From NCBI GenBank assembly GCA_002698665.1, contig NZZP01000003.1, positions 1-38,467 on the forward strand: a DNA stretch of 38,467 bases, read 5' to 3'. Both the position numbers and the translations under genes were made by a program. This document shows positions 26,977 to 35,337 of the stretch, piece by piece. Position 1 is the stretch's first letter; every line of letters begins with the position of its first letter. This DNA comes from Gammaproteobacteria bacterium (GTDB lineage Bacteria > Pseudomonadota > Gammaproteobacteria > GCA-002705445 > GCA-002716945). Under the pieces are notes generated by a model that worked only from the letters and a program-made list of their open reading frames with translations, was not told the DNA's origin and made no database searches.

Positions 26977-29404
26977 TTTGTATAACATAATTTATCAAAC
27001 GATCTTTAACATAGATAACATTGATAATTTCACAGCCATCTATATATTTACGAATATTACTGTTAGATTCTACCATACTTTTTATTTCGTCTTCACTTTG
27101 ATTGCTTTCAATTGAAATTTTTCCACGTAATTTTCCATTAACTTGAACCACTATTTCTTTACGACTTTCATTAATTATCTCTTCGTCCACTTCAGGCCAA
27201 CTAACATCCATAAGATTTGTTTTAAATCCCAGTTGAAACCATAATTCTTGAGTAATGTGGGGCGTGATAGGAGACAGCATTTTGACAATAGTAGTAATCC
27301 CAGATAAAAGTAATTCTCTATTTATATTATTGCTTTGACTATATTTTGATAAATCATTAAAAAATTCCATTATTGACGCAATAGCAGTATTGAAATTATT
27401 TCTTTTAAAAATATCATTCGATACCTTTTTTATAGTCATATGGAGTTTAATATTAATGCTATTTGAATCAGAGCTATCGTTTGTTACAACTTCTTTCATA
27501 TTGATAATCTTATGGGTCAAAATCCATAATCTTTTCAGAAACTTATAGGATCCTTCAATTGCCTGATCTGACCATTCTAAATTTTGTTCAGGTGGCGCAG
27601 AAAACATTATAAATAATCTAATAGTATCCGCGCCATACTTTTTAACAATATCATCAGGGTCTATTGTATTACCCTTTGATTTAGACATTTTGTGTCCATC
27701 TTTTAATACCATTCCTTGAGATAAAAGAGATGAAAATGGCTCATCTGAATCTATAATACCTTCATCTCTAAATAATTTATGAAAAAAACGAGCATATAAT
27801 AAATGTAATATCGCATGTTCAATGCCACCTATGTACTGGTCAACGGGTAACCAATGATTTTTGTTATGATTGAATATTTCTTTTTTTGAATCTGATGATA
27901 AGAATCTTAGATAGTACCAAGAAGATTCAAAAAAAGTATCAAAGGTATCTGTTTCTCTAATGGCATCTTTTCCTGTATATGGACATTTTATATATTTCCA
28001 AGTCGGATGATTATCTAATGGGTTTCCATCTAGATTAAAATCTATATCTTCTGGTAGCTTGACAGGCAGATCTTCATCCGGAACTGGATATACAGACCCG
28101 TCATTATGATAAAAAACCGGTATCGGACACCCCCAATATCGCTGTCTGGATATACCCCAATCTCTCAATCTATAATTTATTTTTTGCATACCTAAATTTT
28201 GTTTTTTTAGACTTTCTAATATTGCATTTGTTGCAGTTGTATAATCCATGTTGTCATATTCACCAGAATTAATAAGAATACCTTTTTCAGTAAATGCATC
28301 ATCTGTATCAGATTTGATTACTTTTTTAGTTGGTAAATTATATTTTTTAGCAAATTCATTATCTCTTGTATCATGTGCTGGAACTGACATTACTGATCCA
28401 GTTCCATAATCTGATAGAACATAATTAGCTACCCAAACAGGAATTTCTTTTTTTGTAATTGGATTTATAACTCTAATGCCTGTATCAACTCCTTCTTTGG
28501 TAATTGTACTTAAAGTCTCCTCTGATATTTTCAATGAATTACATTTTTCTATAAATTTGACAACATTATCAGATAAATTGTTAGTATTTTTTACAATCTC
28601 ATGGCTAGGAGAGACTGCAAGAAAAGTCACACCACAAATTGTATCTAATCTAGTTGTATAAGTCTCTATGAAATATTTTGAATCTGAACTACTAGATATT
28701 GGAAATTTCACAAGAGCTCCTTGAGATTTCCCTATCCAATTCTTTTGCATCATTTTTACCGATGACGGCCAATCGCTAAGTTGATTAATATCATCTAGTA
28801 AACTTTCAGCATAATCTGTAATTTTTAGGAACCATTGAGCTATCTCTCTTCTCTCAATGTTTGCGCCAGAGCGCCAGCCCTTGCCATCTATAACTTGTTC
28901 ATTAGCCAAAACTGTTTTATCTACAGGATCCCAATTCACCTCAGATAACTTTTTATAGACAAGTTTCTTTTTAAGTAGTTTTAAAAAAAACCATTGTTCC
29001 CATTTATAATAGTCCGGATCTGAAGTTGATATTTCTTTACTCCAATCATAGGCATAGCCCAATCTCTTCAATTGAGACTTCATGTGAATGATGTTATTTC
29101 TGGTCCATTCTGATGGGTGTATATCATTAGCAATAGCAGCATTTTCTGCAGGTAGCCCAAAAGAGTCCCATCCCATTGGCTGGAAAACATTCTTCCCAAG
29201 CATACGGTTTGATCTTGCTATAACATCCCCAATCGTATAATTCCTGACATGCCCAATGTGTAATTTTCCACTTGGATAAGGAAACATTGACAAGCAATAA
29301 AATTTTTCTGAGGGATTATCTAGTTTACAGACAAACGAATTATTATCATCCCAATATTTTTGAATATTGGCCTCTATATTGTTTGGATTATATTCTTTAT
29401 CCAT
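26966..29404 (-). CDS. leuS: Leucine--tRNA ligase
   Basis: MFPYPSGKLHIGH, DWGISRQRYWG, GGIEHAILHLLYARF, KMSKS, VQVNGKLR. Confidence 0.98.
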   Translation of the reverse strand: MDKEYNPNNIEANIQKYWDDNNSFVCKLDNPSEKFYCLSMFPYPSGKLHIGHVRNYTIGDVIARSNRMLGKNVFQPMGWDSFGLPAENAAIANDIHPSEWTRNNIIHMKSQLKRLGYAYDWSKEISTSDPDYYKWEQWFFLKLLKKKLVYKKLSEVNWDPVDKTVLANEQVIDGKGWRSGANIERREIAQWFLKITDYAESLLDDINQLSDWPSSVKMMQKNWIGKSQGALVKFPISSSSDSKYFIETYTTRLDTICGVTFLAVSPSHEIVKNTNNLSDNVVKFIEKCNSLKISEETLSTITKEGVDTGIRVINPITKKEIPVWVANYVLSDYGTGSVMSVPAHDTRDNEFAKKYNLPTKKVIKSDTDDAFTEKGILINSGEYDNMDYTTATNAILESLKKQNLGMQKINYRLRDWGISRQRYWGCPIPVFYHNDGSVYPVPDEDLPVKLPEDIDFNLDGNPLDNHPTWKYIKCPYTGKDAIRETDTFDTFFESSWYYLRFLSSDSKKEIFNHNKNHWLPVDQYIGGIEHAILHLLYARFFHKLFRDEGIIDSDEPFSSLLSQGMVLKDGHKMSKSKGNTIDPDDIVKKYGADTIRLFIMFSAPPEQNLEWSDQAIEGSYKFLKRLWILTHKIINMKEVVTNDSSDSNSINIKLHMTIKKVSNDIFKRNNFNTAIASIMEFFNDLSKYSQSNNINRELLLSGITTIVKMLSPITPHITQELWFQLGFKTNLMDVSWPEVDEEIINESRKEIVVQVNGKLRGKISIESNQSEDEIKSMVESNSNIRKYIDGCEIINVIYVKDRLINYVIQNEK

Positions 29405-30872
29405 GTCTTCTTAAATAAAACGTATGTAACAGTATTAATGAGAATAGTAACATCAAAACTGGATAATCTCCAAAATACATATAAAATGTATTTCCCTTAA
29501 CAGGTTTTATTGATGTATGAATATATCCTTCAGTATTAAAAGCTAAGCTATCAATAATCTTCCCATTACTGTTAATAATAGCAGTAATACCTGTATTGGC
29601 TGACCTTATGATAGGATAACCAGTCTCTAAAGCCCTAGATTGAGCTATCTGTAAATGTTGGTAAGGTGCTAAGGAATCTCCAAACCATCCATCATTGCTT
29701 ACATTAACAATAAATCCATATTTATTATAATCAAGTTTAAGTAAATTTGGGTAAGCAGCTTCATAACATATAATAGGATAAATATTTATATCAAGTAATT
29801 TAATGTCACTCTGATTTGGACTGCCATGACTGAGATTGGACATCGGTATATTCAGAACATCAGAAATAGGCTTAAAAATGTTACTGAACGGGGTATATTC
29901 TCCAAATGGCACAAGCTGTCTTTTATCGTAGTATTGTTCAAAGTCATTTATTAAAACCATACTATTATAAATTTTTCCGTCTGAGTCTTGCCTGAAAATA
30001 CCTGATAGTATTTCAACATTATATTTACTAATAATTTTTCTATAAAAATCTTTATCATAATTATAAATAATGGGTATAGCAGTCTCAGGAAATATTATTA
30101 GTTCCTCATCGGTTTTATTAGATAATAATTGTCGATATTTTTGTTTTATTATATCTATTTTTTCATTGTCGTATTTTAGACTGATATCAATATTAGGCTG
30201 TATTACACCTATCCTGATTAATTTATTGGAAACAATCACATTATTTAAGTTCAGGAATAAAGAAAGAAATAAGAATAAACATATAAGCGAAACATGTATA
30301 TACAAATATCTAGGTCTTACAAAAAGAAATGAAAAAATAATGGAAATATAAATAATAATAAAGCTAACAAACTTTGTCCCATAAAGTGGATATAGGTAAT
30401 CAAAAAAGGTGTTGATTTGGCTTGTTCCAACCAAAAGCCAAGGAAAACCTCCAAAGATATTAGATCTTATAAATTCAAGAACTACCCATATGGTAGGCAA
30501 CATAATTGGGAAAAGAGGATAATTTATTTTAGAGTCCTTATTAAGGAAATAGCCAATTGGAATAAACAATAATGATATTAATAATACAAATAATATAGTT
30601 AAAGAAAATGATATTATAATGTCTTGTATCGCATAATTATAAATACTGTTATATATCCAAGACACTCCACTACCAAAGACCGATATACCAAAAATATAAG
30701 CCAACAATATATTATTTTTTCGGTGTCCTTTTAATAAAATTATATGGAATATAATTAATGATAAAAACATTCCAAATTTAAAGTCTATTGGAGAGAATGA
30801 GCTAGTGTAAAGTACTCCACAAGAAACTGTTAGAGCATATATAATAATTTTATTTGAGAATGATGAAAACAA
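29397..30872 (-). CDS. lnt: Apolipoprotein N-acyltransferase
   Basis: GGFPW, QPNI, FPETA, YDK.QLVPFGEY, ICYE, SNDGWFG, RSANTG. Confidence 0.95.
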   Translation of the reverse strand: MFSSFSNKIIIYALTVSCGVLYTSSFSPIDFKFGMFLSLIIFHIILLKGHRKNNILLAYIFGISVFGSGVSWIYNSIYNYAIQDIIISFSLTILFVLLISLLFIPIGYFLNKDSKINYPLFPIMLPTIWVVLEFIRSNIFGGFPWLLVGTSQINTFFDYLYPLYGTKFVSFIIIYISIIFSFLFVRPRYLYIHVSLICLFLFLSLFLNLNNVIVSNKLIRIGVIQPNIDISLKYDNEKIDIIKQKYRQLLSNKTDEELIIFPETAIPIIYNYDKDFYRKIISKYNVEILSGIFRQDSDGKIYNSMVLINDFEQYYDKRQLVPFGEYTPFSNIFKPISDVLNIPMSNLSHGSPNQSDIKLLDINIYPIICYEAAYPNLLKLDYNKYGFIVNVSNDGWFGDSLAPYQHLQIAQSRALETGYPIIRSANTGITAIINSNGKIIDSLAFNTEGYIHTSIKPVKGNTFYMYFGDYPVLMLLFSLILLHTFYLRRHG

Positions 30873-30877
30873 ATTTT

Positions 30878-31702
30878 TTATTGTAATTTTTTTATCAACT
30901 TGATTCTCTTAATAGTACGGGAATCTGCTGACAAAATTTTAAAAGATAATTTTTCAATAACTATAGTCTCGCCTTTTTTTGGAACTCTTTCAAATTTATT
31001 GACAAGATAACCTCCTATAGTTTCTATATCATCATCTAGAAAATTTGTTAAAAAATAAGAATTAAATTCTTCAATCTCAGTTAGTGCATCAACTATATAC
31101 TCTCTATCGCTCTGAGCTATTATGCGTGATTCCGTTTTTTTATCATGTTCATCATCTATTTCTCCAACAATTTCTTCTATTACATCTTCTATTGTTACTA
31201 AACCCGATACACCGCCATGTTCATCAATAACTATAGCAAGATGATTTTTACTTGATTTAAATTCATTAAGCAGAATATTAAGTCTTTTGCTTTCTGGGAT
31301 GAAGACCGCAGGACGTAGCAACTCATGAAGATCAACATCGTCATTTCCTTCCTCCATTAAATGTTTGAGTAAATCTTTTGCCATAAGCACACCTATGATC
31401 TCATCACGATTATCATCAATAACCGGAAATCGGGAATGTCCTGAATTGGTAACTTTCTTCGTAATATCCTCAATTTGATCAGATATATCTACAACAGTCA
31501 TATGGGGCCTAGGTATCATTATATCTCGTACCTGAACTTCAGATACTTTAAATACTCCTTGAATCATCCTTAATGATTCATTATCAAGAAGACCATCTAG
31601 TACTGCATTTTCCAAAATTTTAACTAAATCTGTTTTTGCTTTTGGTGAATCTTTAAGGATATCAAGTATCTTGTCTATCCATTTCTTTTTATTAGTTTGC
31701 AT
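30878..31702 (-). CDS. corC: CBS-domain Mg/Co homeostasis protein CorC (YbeX)
   Basis: VRDIMIPR, SGHSRFPV, DEHGG.SGLVTIED.IEEIVGEIDDEHD. Confidence 0.95.
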   Translation of the reverse strand: MQTNKKKWIDKILDILKDSPKAKTDLVKILENAVLDGLLDNESLRMIQGVFKVSEVQVRDIMIPRPHMTVVDISDQIEDITKKVTNSGHSRFPVIDDNRDEIIGVLMAKDLLKHLMEEGNDDVDLHELLRPAVFIPESKRLNILLNEFKSSKNHLAIVIDEHGGVSGLVTIEDVIEEIVGEIDDEHDKKTESRIIAQSDREYIVDALTEIEEFNSYFLTNFLDDDIETIGGYLVNKFERVPKKGETIVIEKLSFKILSADSRTIKRIKLIKKLQ

Positions 31703-32162
31703 AATATGGGTCTGAAAATCCTAAGGTATACATTAATTCTTTTTCTTTTTTTTCCATTATTATTTGTTTTTGTTTAGATTTATGAGTGAATCCTTGTAGA
31801 TGTAACATAGAATGTATAATCATATGAGCCCATCTATTTTTCTTCTTTAGACCATAGAATCTTGATTCTTCATCTACTATATCTGGACAAATAACAATAT
31901 CACCCAAGATAAATTCACCAGTAGATATATTTTCATTACAAGGAAAAGATAAAACATTACAACTCTTGTTTTTATTGAAATATTTTTTATTTAATAATCG
32001 AATCTCACTCTTACTTGCTAATTTTATTGTAACAAAACAATCTTTGCTATTATTCAAAGCTATAGATGCCCATTTGTTTATCAGATAATCTGTCGGGGTA
32101 TATACATCATAAACAGATTTAATAATCTTAATGGATAAATTGCTATTTTTCTCTTTTCTCAT
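31692..32162 (-). CDS. ybeY: rRNA maturation factor YbeY
   Basis: NVLSFP, LGDIVIC, HSMLHLQGFTH (H3XH5XH). Confidence 0.93.
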   Translation of the reverse strand: MRKEKNSNLSIKIIKSVYDVYTPTDYLINKWASIALNNSKDCFVTIKLASKSEIRLLNKKYFNKNKSCNVLSFPCNENISTGEFILGDIVICPDIVDEESRFYGLKKKNRWAHMIIHSMLHLQGFTHKSKQKQIIMEKKEKELMYTLGFSDPYYAN

Positions 32163-33117
32163 ACTCTTTAATTATGTCTTTGACTATCTTATGTCTCATA
32201 ACATCTCGAGAGCCAAATTTAGTAATATGCGTGCCATCAACTTTATCAATAAACTCAAGGCAATCTTTAAGGCCAGACTTAGCTTCTTTAGGTAAATCTA
32301 TCTGACTAGTATCACCAGTAACAACTGTCTTAGAACCAAAACCAACTCTAGTTAAAAACATCTTCATTTGAGCTATGGTAGTATTTTGTGCTTCATCAAG
32401 TATTATAAATGCATCGTTGAGTGTCCTACCCCTCATATACGCTAATGGGGCAATCTCAATAACTTTTTTTTCTATCATTTTTTCTACTCTATCGAAACCA
32501 ACCATTTCATATAACGCATCATATATTGGTTGTAAATATGGATTAACTTTTTCAGACAAATCACCAGGCAAGAAACCAAGTTTTTCACCCGCTTCAATAG
32601 CTGGTCTTGCTAGAAATATTTTTTTTACTATGTTATTTTCAAGGCAGTATACAGCAGCAGCAACAGCTAGATATGTTTTCCCAGTACCTGCGGATCCAAT
32701 ACCAAAAATTAAATCTTTTTCAAATATAGCCTTTATATATTCTTCTTGGGATTTCGACTTTGTTCTTATGCTAATCTTTTTACATTTAATTATGAAATCA
32801 TTTTCTGCGTTATATGGTGATTTTTTAATACCTTTGTTTAAATCATTTCTGGATGTATTCATATACATATGTACTTGTTTTGGAGTTAATAGCTCATCGG
32901 CAGAGATTGAATATAATTTCTCAATTAGAGCAGATGTCATTGGTACATTACTTTTACTGCCTTTGATTGTAAAAGCATTGCCTCTATTAGATATTTTGAC
33001 ATTCATATAAGATTCTATCTGTCTTATATTTTCATCAAGTAGACCGCATAAATTAGCAAGTCTCTTATTATCCTGTGGTTCCAGCAAAATGTTTTCTCTT
33101 GTTGTTTTATCTTCCAA
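32143..33117 (-). CDS. ybeZ: PhoH-like ATPase (YbeZ)
   Basis: GSAGTGKTYLA, RPAIEAGEKLGFLPGD, APLAYMRGRTL, ILDEAQN. Confidence 0.96.
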   Translation of the reverse strand: MEDKTTRENILLEPQDNKRLANLCGLLDENIRQIESYMNVKISNRGNAFTIKGSKSNVPMTSALIEKLYSISADELLTPKQVHMYMNTSRNDLNKGIKKSPYNAENDFIIKCKKISIRTKSKSQEEYIKAIFEKDLIFGIGSAGTGKTYLAVAAAVYCLENNIVKKIFLARPAIEAGEKLGFLPGDLSEKVNPYLQPIYDALYEMVGFDRVEKMIEKKVIEIAPLAYMRGRTLNDAFIILDEAQNTTIAQMKMFLTRVGFGSKTVVTGDTSQIDLPKEAKSGLKDCLEFIDKVDGTHITKFGSRDVMRHKIVKDIIKEYEKREK

Positions 33118-33135
33118 AATACCAAACTCTCATAA

Positions 33136-34482
33136 TTATTTACTTATCCCATCTCTTTCTAGATATGTTCCATGAAGTGTGTTTATCCTGAGCTCATCAA
33201 CCCTTACATTTACAAATTTACCAATTAAATTTCTATCACCTATAAAATTTATTATTTTATTGTTATCAGCTCTACCAAAAATTTCATTACTTCTTTTAAC
33301 TGATAGACCTTCGACTAAAACTTTTTGAATAGTTCCAATCATATTCTTTGAGAATCTTCTTGCTTGTAGCTTTATAAGATCCTGTAATTTTTTTAATCTA
33401 TCAATCTTTATATCCTGGCCTATATCATCATGTTCTATCGATGCAGGTGTTCCAGGTCTGGGGCTATAAATAAAACTGTATGCATCACTAAATTCTAAAT
33501 TTTTTACTAGATTCAGTGTATGATTAAAATCTTCATCAGATTCTCCTGGATAACCAACAATAAAGTCTGAAGAGACATTTATGTCTGGTCTAATTTCTCG
33601 GATTTTCTTTATTATATTTTTATACTCAAGCACTGTATGCTTCCTCTTCATTTTTGATAAAATAAAATCTGAGCCAGATTGAATGGGAAGATGAACATTA
33701 TTTGCAAGTATTGGATTATGATATTCTTCTATCAAATCATCTTGAAAGTCAATGGGATGAGATGTGGTATATCTAATTCTATCTATGCCTGGTATAAGCG
33801 ATATATATCTTATTAAATCAGAAAGTTTAACGTTTTCACCATTGAAATTTTTTGAACTATAAGAGTTTACATTCTGTCCCAGAAGAATAATTTCTTTAGT
33901 TCCATTCGTAGCAAGATTTTTAACTTCATACAGAATACTATCAAAACTTCTGCTAACTTCATCGCCTCTTGTATACGGGACAACACAAAATGTACAGTAT
34001 TTACTACAACCTTCCATAATCGATACATAAGCTGACGGTGATTGACTTTTTGATGATGGAAGATAATCAAATTTTTCAATAGCCGGGAAACTAATGTCAA
34101 CAGATGTCTTAGAATTACTATAAACATCTCTAATCATTTTAGGCAACCTATGTATAGTCTGTGGTCCAAAAATAATATCAACCTCAGGAGCTCTGGTACG
34201 GATATTTTTCCCCTCTTGTGATGCTACGCAGCCACCAACAGCAATCATTATTTCTGGACGTTTCTTTTTTAATTTTTTCCATCTACCTAACTGATGAAAT
34301 ACTTTCTCTTGTGCTTTTTCTCTAATAGAGCAAGTATTTAATAATAGAATATCAGCATCAGAAATTTTGGTTGTTTGCTTCATATTTAAATTGGATACAA
34401 GAACATCTGTCAGCTTATCAGAATCATATTCATTCATCTGACAGCCATGGGTTTTTATAAAGAATTTCTTATTGTCCAGCAT
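33136..34482 (-). CDS. miaB: tRNA-i6A37 methylthiotransferase
   Basis: GCQMNEYDS, NTCSIREKA, GCVA, CSKYCTFC radical-SAM motif, C-terminal TRAM; miaB-ybeZYX-lnt synteny. Confidence 0.97.
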   Translation of the reverse strand: MLDNKKFFIKTHGCQMNEYDSDKLTDVLVSNLNMKQTTKISDADILLLNTCSIREKAQEKVFHQLGRWKKLKKKRPEIMIAVGGCVASQEGKNIRTRAPEVDIIFGPQTIHRLPKMIRDVYSNSKTSVDISFPAIEKFDYLPSSKSQSPSAYVSIMEGCSKYCTFCVVPYTRGDEVSRSFDSILYEVKNLATNGTKEIILLGQNVNSYSSKNFNGENVKLSDLIRYISLIPGIDRIRYTTSHPIDFQDDLIEEYHNPILANNVHLPIQSGSDFILSKMKRKHTVLEYKNIIKKIREIRPDINVSSDFIVGYPGESDEDFNHTLNLVKNLEFSDAYSFIYSPRPGTPASIEHDDIGQDIKIDRLKKLQDLIKLQARRFSKNMIGTIQKVLVEGLSVKRSNEIFGRADNNKIINFIGDRNLIGKFVNVRVDELRINTLHGTYLERDGISK

Positions 34483-34487
34483 TTAGT

Positions 34488-34928
34488 CTAGAACGGTACG
34501 TCATCATTATCCTGAAAGAACTCATTGTCCTTGGATGAGTTGGCTGGATTGTTGTCAGAAGATTGATTAAAGTCATTGCTTTGTGAATTTGAAGTTTTGC
34601 CACCACCGACAAATCTAAAATTCTCGGCTATTATATCTGTTGAATATCTCTCTATTCCTTCTTTATCGGTGTACTTTTGTGTCTGTATTCTACCTTCAAC
34701 ATACAGCTCTTTACCTTTTTGAGTATATTGGGCTATTGTCTCAGCTGACTTGCCAAAAAATACGACTCTATGCCATTCAGTTTGATCTTCCCAGTCCCCT
34801 GATTCTTTATTTTTCTTTCGATGATTAGTCGCCATGCTCAACTGTACTAGCTGCATTCCGCTTGGCATAGTTCTAAGCTCAGGATCTTTGCCTACTCGAC
34901 CTAGTAATATAGCTTTATTTACCGACAT
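34488..34928 (-). CDS. ssb: Single-stranded DNA-binding protein
   Basis: VNKAILLGR.GKDPE, TEWHRVV, KG..LYVEG, acidic tail DDVPF. Confidence 0.97.
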   Translation of the reverse strand: MSVNKAILLGRVGKDPELRTMPSGMQLVQLSMATNHRKKNKESGDWEDQTEWHRVVFFGKSAETIAQYTQKGKELYVEGRIQTQKYTDKEGIERYSTDIIAENFRFVGGGKTSNSQSNDFNQSSDNNPANSSKDNEFFQDNDDVPF

Positions 34929-35060
34929 TTATACTCATATATAATTTAATTGTATGAGAATTAACTATAACTCAAATAATGTCCTACGGATAGTGATATT
35001 TAAAATAATGTTCAGATTTCATACAAATTTTTATTGGCCTAATGCTTGATCTTCATCATA

Positions 35061-35282
35061 CTAATTAAAGAATATAACAAGATAACCAACTACAAATAGG
35101 GGGATTTGTGGCGCAAAGTTTAACATCATAGACTTATCGTTTATTTGATAACTCAGAAATACCCATACTGCAGCACCAACAGACTGAAAATATATATTAA
35201 AGGGATATATATTTAAATTTGTACATAAAACCCCCGTCAATACACAAAAACTAGCGAAACCCTTAAGAAAAGTAATGTACAT
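35061..35282 (-). CDS. Small three-TM membrane protein, DUF6552-like
   Basis: 73 aa, SD GGGAG; T.LNIYP.N.Y...G...W......D.....N pattern recalled from DUF6552-type proteins. Confidence 0.65.
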   Translation of the reverse strand: MYITFLKGFASFCVLTGVLCTNLNIYPFNIYFQSVGAAVWVFLSYQINDKSMMLNFAPQIPLFVVGYLVIFFN

Positions 35283-35337
35283 AATTTCTCCCAGAAATGA
35301 TTTATTTGATAGTATTTGATGATATCATTTCTCTACC

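Noticed and set aside
32375-33010. 211-aa plus-strand ORF
   Set aside because: Wholly antisense to the well-conserved ybeZ; Ser/Ile/Phe-rich shadow with no motifs.
34934-34958. CTCATA...TATGAG inverted repeat upstream of ssb
   Set aside because: Only 6-bp arms in AT-rich DNA; too weak to call.
34962-34996. TAACTATAAC...GTCCTACGGATAGTGA resembling the 23S rRNA I-CeuI site
   Set aside because: Needs an internal insertion and several mismatches; no other rRNA-like sequence nearby, so probably chance.
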